DNA of 64,000 nt. Origin: Candidatus Bathyarchaeia archaeon. GTDB lineage: Archaea; Thermoproteota; CALKCG01; B24; JAGTQN01. Each line of letters begins with the position of its first letter. Position 1 is the stretch's first letter. The stretch lies in assembly GCA_038850515.1 (NCBI GenBank), contig JAWCLV010000005.1:688-64687 (forward strand), given 5' to 3'. Positions 8,433 to 19,312 of the stretch are shown here, piece by piece. The position numbers and the translations under genes were made by a program. The notes under the pieces are model-generated. The model searched no databases. It saw only the letters and a program-made list of their open reading frames with translations, and had not been told where the DNA came from.

Positions 8433-9155
8433 TCATATCTTCAGGTCTTCAGCTGTTAAGGAGACCGTCTGACGCTTCTCTATGCGTTCGATTTGACCAT
8501 CCCGAATCCAAGCGATTCGATCGGACACATCAATCATTTTCAGATCGTGGGTTGCGCATATGACAGTCGTCGTCCTCTCCGTTTTAAGCCTATAGAGGAG
8601 CTGTACGATTCGGAAGCCCGTGTTGAGGTCGAGGTTTCCCGTAGGTTCATCCGCGAGGATGATGGCTGGGTCGTTTGCCAAAGCTCGTGCGATGGCTACC
8701 CTTTGTTGCTGACCACCTGAAAGCTCGGTGGGTCTGTGGTTAATACGATCTCCCAATCCTACGATTTCCAATAACTCAGTAGCCTTCTTCGTCCTCTCCT
8801 CCTTGCTCAAACCAGCGAAAATCATTGGAAGGGCAACATTATCTAGGGCTGATAGAACAGGTATAAGGTTAAAAGTTTGGAAGATGTAGCCAACTCTATG
8901 GCATCGCAAAGCCGCCTTCTGCTTTCCTGACATTTTCGCAATATCAATATTCTCGATTAAGACAGATCCAGATGTAGGATCGTCAAGTCCTCCGATCATA
9001 TTGAAAAGGGTTGTCTTGCCGCTCCCACTTGGACCCATGATGGAGACGTATTCGCCCCGCTCTATCGAAATATCTACTCCCCGAAGGGCATGGACCGTTT
9101 CACCCTTCAGCTGATAAACCTTCGTCAGACCTTTAGTCTCAACCACCGTGACCAA
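8433..9155 (-). CDS. ABC transporter ATP-binding protein (LolD/MacB-like), no adjacent permease
   Basis: GPSGSGKT; [15 protein letters not shown]; [11 protein letters not shown]. Confidence 0.93.
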   Translation of the reverse strand: MVTVVETKGLTKVYQLKGETVHALRGVDISIERGEYVSIMGPSGSGKTTLFNMIGGLDDPTSGSVLIENIDIAKMSGKQKAALRCHRVGYIFQTFNLIPVLSALDNVALPMIFAGLSKEERTKKATELLEIVGLGDRINHRPTELSGGQQQRVAIARALANDPAIILADEPTGNLDLNTGFRIVQLLYRLKTERTTTVICATHDLKMIDVSDRIAWIRDGQIERIEKRQTVSLTAEDLKI

Positions 9156-9438
9156 TTGCTACAACCCCATTGTTATTTTAAAAGCAATGGAATTAGGACT
9201 TAAATCTTTCTCTAAAAAACAGGTACTTCTGAAAGTTCAACCTAGCTTCTTGGGACGCTTTCTGGTAGACTCTGGAGCCATGCTGTCAGGCTCCTGACCT
9301 TCAGGAGGGACTTTTTCTGAGGTTCTTCTTAACTTCCTTGCCAAGGGAAGATCTGCCAGTTGCCAGACGTTGTAATGATGGAAGGCAACGAAGGAAAGTT
9401 AAGTTAACATTCCTTTGTCCTAAAGGGAGAGGCCCTTG

Positions 9439-9792
9439 CTAAACAATTGAGGATGCCGTTTTCTTCTTCGCTTCCTCCTCAGCCATCCTCTTCTTCTCGC
9501 TCATCTCCATCTCATACCAAGCCTTCGTAATGTCACGATCGTACCTGAGGAGCTGAAAGCCTATGCTGATAAGGTTCCTGACGATGTCCTTTAGCGTCTC
9601 CTCTTCCATTTTATCCATAATGTAAAAGTTGGTAAACCATCCATCGAAGCCCCTGAGGCTTTCTTCATAGGTTGCCACGAGGGATCTGCCTAGGCTTACT
9701 AGTTCAGCCTTGCTCATAGTGTTAACTTTTTCTTCCAAGTTTTTTTGCTCTCGGAGCAGGTATTCTATATATCGATAAAAGGCGGAGCTCAC
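9439..9792 (-). CDS. Conserved archaeal hypothetical protein, DUF2153-like
   Basis: All-helical; SLRGFDGWF...MEEETLKDI...LLRYDRDIT resembles my recollection of the DUF2153 pattern; not confirmed by search. Confidence 0.45.
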   Translation of the reverse strand: MSSAFYRYIEYLLREQKNLEEKVNTMSKAELVSLGRSLVATYEESLRGFDGWFTNFYIMDKMEEETLKDIVRNLISIGFQLLRYDRDITKAWYEMEMSEKKRMAEEEAKKKTASSIV

Positions 9793-9867
9793 GTAAATCC
9801 CTTCTCAATCTGGTGTTCCTACATACAAAAGCCTAATACTTAAGGCTTCACTAACCTTATAAGATCC

Positions 9868-10917
9868 TTAAAACCTTGGAAAGAGCTCGTATTTAAGCCC
9901 CTCAAGGCTCAGACGCCCTTCGAAGGCCTTCAAGGCATCCTTCAGAAGGTATCTGTGAGTTACGATGTCCTTGAGTTCAACCCTATGGGTTTCCATGATG
10001 GTTAGAGCCCTCTTGAATTGGGTAAGGGTCGAGTTTTGGCTTGCCGTTATCGTCACGAGACCATAGTGGATTAGATTCGGATCTAAGGCGATAACAGTGG
10101 CTGGAGGGAAGCCCGCAAAGAAGTTTATACGCCCTCCTTTTCGGACGGCCCTTAAGGCATCGAGGGCTGCCGCCGGGGAGCCTATCGAAACGAGGGCTGC
10201 ATCAGCTCCCAAGCCATCAGTTTCTCCTTTAACTCTGGATGCCAAATCTTCATCCTTGGGATTCACAACCACATCTGCTCCCATTGCCCTAGCTGCCTCA
10301 AGTCTATCCTTCCTCAATTCACTAACGATGATCCTTCCAGCCCCTGAAGCCTTGGCGACCTTCATTGCCAAAAGACCCATAGGTCCAGCCCCTACGATGA
10401 GAAGGGTTTCCCCAACCTGAAGCCTTAGGGTTTCGATACCATTTATGCTACAGGCCAGGGGCTCCGTTAAAGCGGCTTCCTCATTCGATATGGTTTCGGG
10501 AACCTTAAGCACGTTCCCCCTTCCAACAACTTCTCTCGGAATTCTCATATAATCTGCAAAGGCCCCGTCATACTCAAAGCCGAAAAGCCTCTTATCTGGG
10601 CATATGCTCGGATAACCTTCACGGCAAAAGAAGCAGAGGCCGCAGGATACGACAGGATACAACGTAACCCTTTCCCCCTCATGAAAACCATCGGCTCCCA
10701 ATCCCACCTCAGCTATGGTCCCGACGACCTCATGACCCAAAATGATTCCTTCCTTAGCTGATCTCTCACCCTTGAAGACTCGGAGATCCGATGCGCATAC
10801 GCCCGCTGCCTTTACTTCGATGATGATTTCTCCAGCCTTAGCTTTGGGTTTCTCCACATCATCGAGTTTTAGATTTCCCGGGCCATGAAAGACCAGGGCC
10901 TGCATCTTTTCGCCCAA
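9868..10917 (-). CDS. Zn-dependent MDR-family alcohol/polyol dehydrogenase (iditol dehydrogenase-like)
   Basis: GVCASD; GHEVVG; CGLCFFCREGYPSIC; GAGPMG. Confidence 0.9.
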   Translation of the reverse strand: MGEKMQALVFHGPGNLKLDDVEKPKAKAGEIIIEVKAAGVCASDLRVFKGERSAKEGIILGHEVVGTIAEVGLGADGFHEGERVTLYPVVSCGLCFFCREGYPSICPDKRLFGFEYDGAFADYMRIPREVVGRGNVLKVPETISNEEAALTEPLACSINGIETLRLQVGETLLIVGAGPMGLLAMKVAKASGAGRIIVSELRKDRLEAARAMGADVVVNPKDEDLASRVKGETDGLGADAALVSIGSPAAALDALRAVRKGGRINFFAGFPPATVIALDPNLIHYGLVTITASQNSTLTQFKRALTIMETHRVELKDIVTHRYLLKDALKAFEGRLSLEGLKYELFPRF

Positions 10918-11327
10918 GGCATATTCACAGCTTCCTTAGCTATGCCTAGATTTAAAATTAAAAGCCCTAATGAGTTTGATGGCGGGCGAAGGTTGTCACC
11001 ATTCTTCTTTTTCTAATCCTTTAGCTTATAGGAGTAGATAAAAGTAAAAATTCAGCGCTTTCTAAAGCGAGGGAGGCAGGGGATTCGATTTTTCGTAAGA
11101 CTTCTTAGCTAAAGCGGGTTGAAGAGGAAGAGGTGAGGGGGCAAAATAGGATTGTCGAGAAGTATCAGAAATTCTTTCCTTGACCTAATCTAAAACCTTC
11201 CGCCTTCGCTTTTGATATCTGCTTGTATAGATGAGTTTTCTATCGATGCTTAATAGCAGAGCTCCATAGGAATTTCCTTGCGTTTAAGTTTAAATAATTC
11301 AGGCTTCTCCTCTTTTGTGCACCTACA

Positions 11328-12254
11328 ATGGATCCCCAAAGCCTTCCTGAGAAAATCTCATCCTTGAAAAGGGAGAAAAAGGCTATCATCCTAGCCCATA
11401 ATTACCAAAGGGAAGAAGTCCAAGATCTGGCAGACTATGTAGGTGATAGCGTCGAACTTAGCAGAAGGGCAATGGAAGAAAAGGATGCGAGGATCATCCT
11501 TTTCTCTGCCGTTGACTTCATGGCCGAAACTGCAGCCATCTTAAACCCCGATAAGAAAGTTCTCCTTCCAAGCCTAGGGGCAAGATGCCCTATGGCGCAG
11601 ATGCTGCCCCTCGAAACTCTAAAGACCTGGAAGGCTCGCTATCCAGGGGTTCCTACTGTCCTTTACGTGAATACCTTGGCTGAGGCCAAGGCCGAATGCG
11701 ACGTTACCTGTACGTCGGCAAACGCCCTCCAGGTCGTGAAGAATCTAGATGCCGATACAGTCCTCTTCGGGCCTGATCGTAACCTTGCGGAATACGTGAA
11801 GCGAAGGGTTGAAAAGACGATAATTCCAATCCCAGAAAGGGGCTTTTGCCCAACCCACCAGCTTTTCTTGAAAGAGGATATAAGATTGGCTAAGGAACTC
11901 GATCCCTCGGCTGTCGTCATGGTCCATCCTGAATGTACGCCAGATGTACAAGAAATAGCGGACTTCATAGGAAGCACATCCCAAATGTGTCGCTACGCGG
12001 CAACCTGTAGGGCAAAATCCTTCATCGTAGCCACGGAGGTTGGACTTCTCCATCGTCTTCGTAAGGAGAATCCCGAAAAAACCTTCTTACCGGCTTATGA
12101 TGCGGCCCTATGCCCAAACATGAAGCGGAATACCCTTGAGCTCATCTACCGTAGCCTTTTAGAAGAAGAGTATGCCATAACCATTCCGAGGGCTGTTGCT
12201 GAGAAGGCCCGCAAGGCCATCCAAAGAATGTTTGAGCTTACTAATGCAAAATAG
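11328..12254 (+). CDS. nadA: Quinolinate synthase A
   Basis: ILAHNYQ; GDSVELS; CPMA; YVNT; FGPDRNL; CPTH; HPEC; GSTSQM; CPNMK. Confidence 0.96.
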   Translation: MDPQSLPEKISSLKREKKAIILAHNYQREEVQDLADYVGDSVELSRRAMEEKDARIILFSAVDFMAETAAILNPDKKVLLPSLGARCPMAQMLPLETLKTWKARYPGVPTVLYVNTLAEAKAECDVTCTSANALQVVKNLDADTVLFGPDRNLAEYVKRRVEKTIIPIPERGFCPTHQLFLKEDIRLAKELDPSAVVMVHPECTPDVQEIADFIGSTSQMCRYAATCRAKSFIVATEVGLLHRLRKENPEKTFLPAYDAALCPNMKRNTLELIYRSLLEEEYAITIPRAVAEKARKAIQRMFELTNAK

Positions 12255-12294
12255 CCTTGGATTTCTGAGAAAATTATTAAGGTAGAATTAAGGT

Positions 12295-12861
12295 TTAGCG
12301 AACCCTTCTGCCGCATTCGGGACAATAAAGGGCTTCAGAGGGTAGGTCTGTATGGCAATAGGGACACTTTTTCATACCCATGGGTGATGGCATCCTAGGA
12401 ATTTCTGGGTATGGAGGTGGGCTAGGAGGATGTGGCGTTGTCCATCTTCCCAAGAGGGAGCCAAAATAGGCACCAAGGGCGCCCGATGCGGCGGATAGGA
12501 TTATCCACATAACCATGAGAATAAGATAAATCTCGAGGCTTATATCGGGCGGGGGCTCGTTTGGGATGAGACCAGCATCCAAAAGCATTGGGACTATGAA
12601 AAAATAGGATAAGAAGCTGAGGAGTCCTTCCGTAGCTCCCATGAGAATTGATTGACGGGTGGAATGGAATAGCATCCTTCCCACGATGATTCCACCAAGA
12701 AGGGCTCCGATTTCTACGAAGAACTCTCCACCAAGGCCCTCATAATCCACCAAGAGAAGTAAGGTTCCAATAAGTATGCTTACGACTAAACCTAGAAGGA
12801 CTGCCATCAAAGATCCTTTTCTTGGAACTTCCTGAGAAAAACCTCTGGACATTCGCTTCAT
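12295..12861 (-). CDS. Membrane protein with about 4 TM helices, Pro-rich linker and C-terminal zinc ribbon
   Basis: Hydrophobic segments, PHPPSPPPYP, CPYC...CPECG. Confidence 0.7.
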   Translation of the reverse strand: MKRMSRGFSQEVPRKGSLMAVLLGLVVSILIGTLLLLVDYEGLGGEFFVEIGALLGGIIVGRMLFHSTRQSILMGATEGLLSFLSYFFIVPMLLDAGLIPNEPPPDISLEIYLILMVMWIILSAASGALGAYFGSLLGRWTTPHPPSPPPYPEIPRMPSPMGMKKCPYCHTDLPSEALYCPECGRRVR

Positions 12862-13036
12862 GCCAAAAAGGAAAGGGAAGGATTAAAGCATTATGCTCAA
12901 CTTCATCAGAAGACTTTAGGGGCGAGGAGACACCACTCGAGACATAGGGTTTCCGATACAATTTGAAGTTTGGATACTTACGCAAGTTTTATATCTATTA
13001 TGGGCTTAACGATACTCCTGTTGAGGTGTAAGACTG

Positions 13037-13696
13037 TTGCCAAGTAGAGAGGAGATTTTAGGAAAGCTTAGGGATGGCATCGTTATCTTCGACATAGATG
13101 GTGTAAAAAAGGCTGCTGAAGAAGCCATGAAAATGGGAATTTCCCCAACGGAGGCCATCATGGAGGGCCTCTCAAAGGGAATGGACATTGTTGGAGAAAA
13201 ATACTCTCGAAACGAGTATTTCTTGGCTGAACTCATCATGGCAGGAGAGACTATGAAGGAAGCCATGAGTGTCCTCAAGCCCTACATGGAAAGGGAGGAT
13301 GTACCAAAGATCGGGACAGTTGTCGTAGGAACCGTTCTTGGGGACCTTCATGATATAGGGAAAAACATACTGGCTACGCTCCTTACGGCGGCGGGTTTTA
13401 ATGTCATCGACTTGGGAGTCGATGTCCCTCCTGAGAAGTTCATCGAGGCTGTAAAGGAGCATAAAGCAGACATCGTAGCCATGTCAGCCCTCCTAACGAC
13501 AACGATGGTTAACATGAAGAGTGTCGTCGATGCCCTCGTCAGGGAGGGTATAAGGAATAAGGTTAAGGTTATTGTGGGAGGGGCGCCCCTCACCGATGAG
13601 TTTGCAAGACAGATAGGAGCCGATGCCTGCGGAAAGGATGCTGTTGAAGGTGTAAACATCTGTAGAAAGTGGATGGAGGAAAAGCACAAGATCTAA
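13037..13696 (+). CDS. Corrinoid (B12-binding) methyltransferase protein, MtaC/MtbC/MttC-like
   Basis: N-terminal cap GLSKGMDIVGEKY; GDLHDIGKN (DxHxxG); MSALLTTTM; VGGAP. Confidence 0.93.
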   Translation: MPSREEILGKLRDGIVIFDIDGVKKAAEEAMKMGISPTEAIMEGLSKGMDIVGEKYSRNEYFLAELIMAGETMKEAMSVLKPYMEREDVPKIGTVVVGTVLGDLHDIGKNILATLLTAAGFNVIDLGVDVPPEKFIEAVKEHKADIVAMSALLTTTMVNMKSVVDALVREGIRNKVKVIVGGAPLTDEFARQIGADACGKDAVEGVNICRKWMEEKHKI

Positions 13697-13710
13697 GTAA
13701 CTCTTGAGTG

Positions 13711-13750
13711 AAAAGGGATTCTTGGCTTCGGAAATCCTTTTCCCATTTTT
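13711..13750 (+). terminator. Possible terminator hairpin followed by T-rich tract
   Basis: AAAAGGGATTC / GAAATCCTTTT stem (one mismatch, one G-U) then CCCATTTTT, 15 nt after the stop. Confidence 0.35.
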
Positions 13751-13911
13751 CTCAGCGCATTTCCCGAAGATGACCATCCCTGCCTCAGCAATTATATCGT
13801 TTCTTTTCTTTATCTTATCTTAGACTTAGAAGCTCGTTTTAATCTCCCTTATTCGATTGTATTCCCTTAACTTTAATTGGTTGGGGGAACCCATCCTATA
13901 ACGAGCCCTCC

Positions 13912-15303
13912 TTGAACGCTCAGAGTAACTTTGCGAAAAATTCCCTAATCTTCTCCCCCTCTGGAGTTAGGGGAATAGTAGGGAAGGATTTAGGACCCGA
14001 GGAAGCCCTAAGGCTTTCCCTTTGTTTTGGTAGCATGATTCCTCAAGGAACCGTGGTCCTTGGAAGGGATACGCGTCCTAGTGGGGAGATGATTCAAAGG
14101 CTTGTCGCTATTGGTTTGATGTCTACAGGACATAACGTATCGATTCTCGGAGTCGCTCCTAGTCCTGCTATAGCCTTCGCCGTCAAAAAAACAGGGGCTG
14201 TGGGTGGCATCATCGTATCTGCCAGTCATAATCCACCCTCCTGGAATGCTCTAAAGTTCCTCGGTCAAGAGGGCATTGCCTTGAATGAAGCCCAGATTTC
14301 TGCGCTAAGGAATCTCTACATATCGGATTCCTTCAAAGAAGTCCCTTGGACAAGTTTGGGAGAAGCCCATGATCTAAACCTTCTAGATGATTACAGGAAG
14401 GCTTTGATAAGCCTAGTCGATGTTGAAGCCATAAGGAAAGCCCGTCTTTTCGCAGTTGTCGACACAGGGAATGGTGCAGGAAGTCTTGTAACTCCAAAGG
14501 CCCTCGAGGACTCGGGATGCCAAGTTTTCCCTCTAAACGTGGAACTCGACGGAAGGTTTAGAAGACCCATAGAACCCACGAGGGAAAGCCTCTCAGATCT
14601 CACCAAGAAGGTTGTAAGCCTTGGGGCAGACATAGGCTTCGCCCACGACTGCGATGCCGACAGGCTTGTATGCGTAAGCGAGAAGGGGGAAGTCCTAGGG
14701 GAGGATCTAACCCTTGCCTTGATCGTCGATCAAGTCCTTTCAAAGAGGAAGGGAGGCATTGTTGTAATAAATGTCGCTTCATCTATGGTCTTCGACGATG
14801 TCGCAGAGCGCTACGGAGCCAAAGTCCTAAGGACGAGGGTTGGCGAGGCATACGTAGTCGAGAAGATGATCGAAACAGGAGCTATCGTAGGAGGAGAGGG
14901 AAGTTGCGGAGGAGTCATCCTTCCCGACCATCTCTATACTAGGGATGGAATCCTCGCCGCCTTGAAGATAGCCGAAGCCTTAGCCCATCTAGGAAGGACC
15001 GCCTCCGAAGTTTTCGAAGCCTTCCCTAGGTACTATACGGCGAGGGGAAAGGTACCCTGCTCGGGAGGGGAGGCTAGGGAGGTTATCGAAGCCTTGAAGA
15101 TCTGCCATTCGGAAGAAAAGCTGGATCTAACGGATGGCATTAAGATAATCGGAGAAAAGGAATGGGTTCTTGTACGCCCTTCAGGGACAGAGCCCATCCT
15201 TAGGGTTATGGCTGAAGCCGAGAGCCCTCGGAGGGCTGAGGAGCTTTGCAAAGACCTTTTAAAAGAAGTGCTTGAAATCCTCAGCCGTAGGCTAGGCAAG
15301 TAG
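13912..15303 (+). CDS. Phosphohexomutase (phosphoglucosamine mutase / PGM-PMM family)
   Basis: VSASHNPP; HDCDADR; RTRVGE; GGEGS; VRPSGTEP. Confidence 0.9.
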   Translation: MNAQSNFAKNSLIFSPSGVRGIVGKDLGPEEALRLSLCFGSMIPQGTVVLGRDTRPSGEMIQRLVAIGLMSTGHNVSILGVAPSPAIAFAVKKTGAVGGIIVSASHNPPSWNALKFLGQEGIALNEAQISALRNLYISDSFKEVPWTSLGEAHDLNLLDDYRKALISLVDVEAIRKARLFAVVDTGNGAGSLVTPKALEDSGCQVFPLNVELDGRFRRPIEPTRESLSDLTKKVVSLGADIGFAHDCDADRLVCVSEKGEVLGEDLTLALIVDQVLSKRKGGIVVINVASSMVFDDVAERYGAKVLRTRVGEAYVVEKMIETGAIVGGEGSCGGVILPDHLYTRDGILAALKIAEALAHLGRTASEVFEAFPRYYTARGKVPCSGGEAREVIEALKICHSEEKLDLTDGIKIIGEKEWVLVRPSGTEPILRVMAEAESPRRAEELCKDLLKEVLEILSRRLGK

Positions 15304-15355
15304 ATCCCTTCTTCCCCGCGAAATCTTCCTAAGCCTCTGAAAGCCTGGTGTCGTT

Positions 15356-16069
15356 ATGGCGGAGAAGCCCACAAGGCTTCCTGATGAAATAGAAGTTGTT
15401 TATTCGTCGGAACAATGGGAACTTTTAGGGCTTCTGAGGAAGAGGGCCCTAGAAATCGTTAGGGCCCTCCATGCCATGAATTTGGATCCTGTGGTGCATG
15501 GAAGCGTGGCTAGGGGCGATGTGGATGCGAAGAGCGATGTGGACATCGTCCTTCTTAGGCCGGTACTTTCCCACATCGTTGAACTCGCCTTGAACCTTGG
15601 GGGATTCAAGTTTTTTTCTAGGCGTATAACCCAAGCAACACCGGGGCACACTCCAAAGGCGCACATATACTTAGATCCAGAAGAAAGGACTTCGGTAACC
15701 TTTCCCCTGATGAATTTCAGGCGCCTTGAAACAGAATTCTACAAGTTCGGGGGCATGGTCGGTTTAAAGGAGTTGGAAGACGGGATAAGGGTCCCAGGAT
15801 GCACGAAACGCCTAACCCTTATACAGCCAACTAAGGAGGGGCATAGAGAATCTCCTGTTAAGGGAAGGGAGAAGGAAGTTGCAAAGATCGTGGGAGTTAG
15901 CGTTGATATAGTAAGACAGAGGGTTCTAGTCCTCTCTAGGCGAGATGAGGTCGGACGTACGGGAGTCTTCGTAAACCTTCTTATCGACGATGATGAAACC
16001 TTCGAGGAGGCCTTAAGTAGGCTTATGGAAACAAAGCCAGCCTTAAGGCGTCGTTTCATTTGGGGTTAA
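15356..16069 (+). CDS. Pol-beta superfamily nucleotidyltransferase-domain protein (archaeal COG2413-like)
   Basis: HGSVARGDVDAKSDVDIV; QATPGHTPKAHI; EFYKFGG; RRDEVGRTGVF. Confidence 0.75.
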   Translation: MAEKPTRLPDEIEVVYSSEQWELLGLLRKRALEIVRALHAMNLDPVVHGSVARGDVDAKSDVDIVLLRPVLSHIVELALNLGGFKFFSRRITQATPGHTPKAHIYLDPEERTSVTFPLMNFRRLETEFYKFGGMVGLKELEDGIRVPGCTKRLTLIQPTKEGHRESPVKGREKEVAKIVGVSVDIVRQRVLVLSRRDEVGRTGVFVNLLIDDDETFEEALSRLMETKPALRRRFIWG

Positions 16070-16208
16070 AGGTCATTCCGAAACATTATTGTATCCGTTC
16101 TTTTTTTGCTTCGCTTCCACGTGCCTATTTCTACCCAAAAAGGCTTTCAGTTTTTCTTGAGTCTATCCTCAGAGTTCAATAATCTTTTCGTAAGCTATGG
16201 AGCGAAGG

Positions 16209-16245
16209 GACTTTCCCTAAGACTTTCCCTAAGACTTTGCCCTGA
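16209..16245. repeat. Tandem 12-bp direct repeat (two exact copies plus one degenerate)
   Basis: GACTTTCCCTAA GACTTTCCCTAA GACTTTGCCCTGA. Confidence 0.8.
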
Positions 16246-16351
16246 AATCATCCCCTAGAATTTTCCTTTTTTCGTACAAGCTGAGCTTAGGCGGCGCCTT
16301 ACGTCCTTATGGGCTCGGATTTTTATCCCTCAAAATCAATTTTTAGCCTGT

Positions 16352-19234
16352 ATGGTGGAGGCTGGGGGGCAACTTCAGGCAGACGTATTTTCTCTCCTTT
16401 CGAGACCTGTTCGCATGATCGTACAGAAGAGGGGGTTTGAGAGTGCCACGGGTCCCCAGGCCGCAGCCATTCCCCTCATATCTGAAGGAAAGAATGTCCT
16501 TCTCATAGCCCCTACTGGAACGGGAAAGACCGAGGCTGCCTTCCTCCCAATCCTAGACCTCCTCCTGAAGGCTCAAGAAAAGCTTCCAGGGATCAAGGTT
16601 CTTTACATCACACCCCTAAGGGCCCTCAATAGGGATATGCTCGAACGCTTGGAGTGGTGGTGTAAGCAACTGGATGTTAGGATTGCTGTGCGCCATGGTG
16701 ATACGGAAACTAGGGAAAGGGGTTTCCAAGCGAGGAGCCCTCCAGACCTCCTAATAACGACTCCTGAGACCCTCCAAGCCATCCTTCCTGGAAGGGTGAT
16801 GCGGCGTCATTTGAGGAGTGTTCGCTGGGTCATCGTAGACGAATGCCATGAGCTGGCGGAGGACAAGCGTGGAAGCCAGCTCACCCTAGCTTTGGAGAGG
16901 CTTAGGTGGATTACGGGACAGGATTTTCAAGTCGTGGGGCTCTCAGCTACGATAGGAACGCCCGAAAGGGTTGCCAAGTTTCTCGTAGGGGTAAGGGGAT
17001 CCGTTGAAATCGTAAGGGTTCCTGTGGCTAGAAACATGGAGTTCAAGGTCCTTTATCCAGAGCCGGCTCCGGAAGATTACGAGCTGGCTGCCAAGCTTTA
17101 TACCCATCCAGAAGTTGCTGCAAGGCTCAGGATCATGAGGGATCTCATCGAAAAGCACAGTTCAGTCCTGCTTTTTACGAATACAAGGCCCATAGCCGAG
17201 GTCTTGGCTAGCCGCTTCAAAATATGGGATGTTAATTTTCCAGTTAGCATCCACCATGGAAGCCTTGCTAAGCCAGCCAGGGTGAGTGCCGAAAGGGGCT
17301 TGAAAAATGGGGAGCTAAGGGGGCTTGTATGCACCTCGAGCCTCGAACTTGGCATCGATGTTGGAAGTATAGATCTTTGCATCCAGTACATGAGTCCGAG
17401 ACAAGTTACGAGGCTCCTCCAGAGAGTTGGCCGGAGCGGTCATAGGATTGGAAGGACGGCTAAGGGTATCATCATCACAATGGACTCGGACGATACGCTG
17501 GAAGCCATGGTCATAGCCAGAAGGGCAAAGAGGGAGGAGCTGGAGCCCATAAAAATACCGGAACATCCCTATGATGCCCTATGCCATCAGATTGCAGGCT
17601 TGCTTGCGCAGAAGGGGCGCTGGTATCTTGAGGAGGTCCTTCAGCTCTTCGGAAATGCCTATCCTTATGAAGGCCTGAGGAAGGAGGAGCTGGAAAAGGT
17701 CCTCCATTACATGCACTCCCGTTATCCACGCCTAGCCTGGTACTCACCCCAGGACCAAGTGATCCTTAGGCCTATGAGAACAAAGCAGCTTTACGAGTAC
17801 TACTTTGAAAAGCTCAGCATGATCCCAGAGGAAAAGCAATACTTAGTTATCGATGAAACGAGCGAAACACCAGTGGGAATTTTGGATGAGGCCTTCGTAG
17901 CCGAATACGGGGAGCCTGGAACGAAGTTCATCCTTAGGGGCAGTCCTTACAAGATTCTGAATATCCTAGGGGATCGAATATACGTGAAGCCCATAGACGA
18001 TCCTACGGGGGCCATTCCAAGCTGGATAGGGGAGGAAATACCGGTCCCGTATGAAGTTGCTATGGAGGTAGGGAGGATAAGGCGCTGCGTGGCTGAGCAT
18101 ATAAAGGGGAAGAGGGGGCTTGAGGATATCCTATCGAAGCTTGGGCGCCTATATCCCATCGATAAAGAGGACTTGGCTAGGGCCCTCAGGGAAACGGTTG
18201 CCCAAGCAGAGGCCAAGCTTCCCGTTCCGTCAGATAGGCTGATAACCATCGAAGAATGGCAGGGCTATATCATTATCCATGCCCACTTTGGAAGCCTCGT
18301 TAACAGGACGTTGGCAAGGCTTATAGGGCATGTTCTAAGCGAGAGGATCGGCTATACGATCGGAGTCCAGCAGGATCCATATAGAATCATCATCGAGGTT
18401 GGAGGAAGGGCCTCTCCCAAGGATGTGGAAAGGATCCTCAAGGAGCTTCCTTCTATGCCCATTGAAGAACTAGCGATAGCGGCGACTACCAAGACAGGCC
18501 TCTTTAAACGCCGCCTTGTTCATGTGGCAAGGAGGTTTGGGGCCTTAAAACGCTCTGCGGACTTTAGCAGGGTAAGCCTATCGCAGCTACAGAAGAGCTT
18601 CGAGGGAACCGTCATCTACGAGGAGGCCATCAAAGAAACCCTTAGGACGGATATGGACCTTGAGGCTACACTAGAAGCCTTAAAAGCTATCCAAAGGGGA
18701 AGGATCAAAATCAAGGTCATAGAGACTGGGGGGAATCCTACACCCATCGCCAATATTGGCATCGAGCGCATCGCCAGAAAATCGGACCTGATCCCCCCTG
18801 AGAAGATGAGGCGCGTTCTCATAGAATCCGCGAAGGTAAGGCTCTTGAGTGAAGTCAGAACCTTCGTCTGCATGAACTGCCTCGCCTACGTGAAGACCAT
18901 GAGAATAATGGATCTTTCCCCTAAGCCCCTCTGTCCAAACTGTGGCTCCCAAGCCCTAGGCATCTTTTCTGAGACCGAAGAGGGAGCTCGGAAGATCCTA
19001 GAAAAGATGGAGAAGAACCTTTCTTCCAAGGAAAAGCGTATTTTAAGCAGAGCCCAAGAGAGCGCTAAGCTCATCGAAGCTTACGGGCTTCCAGCTGCCC
19101 TAGCCTTGGTAGGACGAAGGCTAGAGGTTTCGGAGGCTTCCGAAATCCTTAGGAAGGAACCAAGAATAAGCGATAGATTTTTCGAACTAATCATTGAGGC
19201 TGAGAAGAAGGCCATGGGAAAGAGGTTCCTTTAA
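16352..19234 (+). CDS. lhr: Lhr-family SF2 helicase with C-terminal Cys4 motif
   Basis: APTGTGKT; YITPLRALNRD; DECHE; GLSATIG; TSSLELGIDVG; QRVGRSGH; CMNC...CPNC. Confidence 0.92.
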   Translation: MVEAGGQLQADVFSLLSRPVRMIVQKRGFESATGPQAAAIPLISEGKNVLLIAPTGTGKTEAAFLPILDLLLKAQEKLPGIKVLYITPLRALNRDMLERLEWWCKQLDVRIAVRHGDTETRERGFQARSPPDLLITTPETLQAILPGRVMRRHLRSVRWVIVDECHELAEDKRGSQLTLALERLRWITGQDFQVVGLSATIGTPERVAKFLVGVRGSVEIVRVPVARNMEFKVLYPEPAPEDYELAAKLYTHPEVAARLRIMRDLIEKHSSVLLFTNTRPIAEVLASRFKIWDVNFPVSIHHGSLAKPARVSAERGLKNGELRGLVCTSSLELGIDVGSIDLCIQYMSPRQVTRLLQRVGRSGHRIGRTAKGIIITMDSDDTLEAMVIARRAKREELEPIKIPEHPYDALCHQIAGLLAQKGRWYLEEVLQLFGNAYPYEGLRKEELEKVLHYMHSRYPRLAWYSPQDQVILRPMRTKQLYEYYFEKLSMIPEEKQYLVIDETSETPVGILDEAFVAEYGEPGTKFILRGSPYKILNILGDRIYVKPIDDPTGAIPSWIGEEIPVPYEVAMEVGRIRRCVAEHIKGKRGLEDILSKLGRLYPIDKEDLARALRETVAQAEAKLPVPSDRLITIEEWQGYIIIHAHFGSLVNRTLARLIGHVLSERIGYTIGVQQDPYRIIIEVGGRASPKDVERILKELPSMPIEELAIAATTKTGLFKRRLVHVARRFGALKRSADFSRVSLSQLQKSFEGTVIYEEAIKETLRTDMDLEATLEALKAIQRGRIKIKVIETGGNPTPIANIGIERIARKSDLIPPEKMRRVLIESAKVRLLSEVRTFVCMNCLAYVKTMRIMDLSPKPLCPNCGSQALGIFSETEEGARKILEKMEKNLSSKEKRILSRAQESAKLIEAYGLPAALALVGRRLEVSEASEILRKEPRISDRFFELIIEAEKKAMGKRFL

Positions 19235-19312
19235 AAAGATCCTAGGCTTCCCCTTCGGAAGCCTAAGGAGGAAAACTTTTCATGAAGAAGCCAGATTTGT
19301 GTATGGGCATCC

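Noticed and set aside
9240-9420. Cluster of small hairpins, considered as RNase P, SRP or cobalamin riboswitch
   Set aside because: Conserved cores are not present in the right order; only 5-7 bp stems
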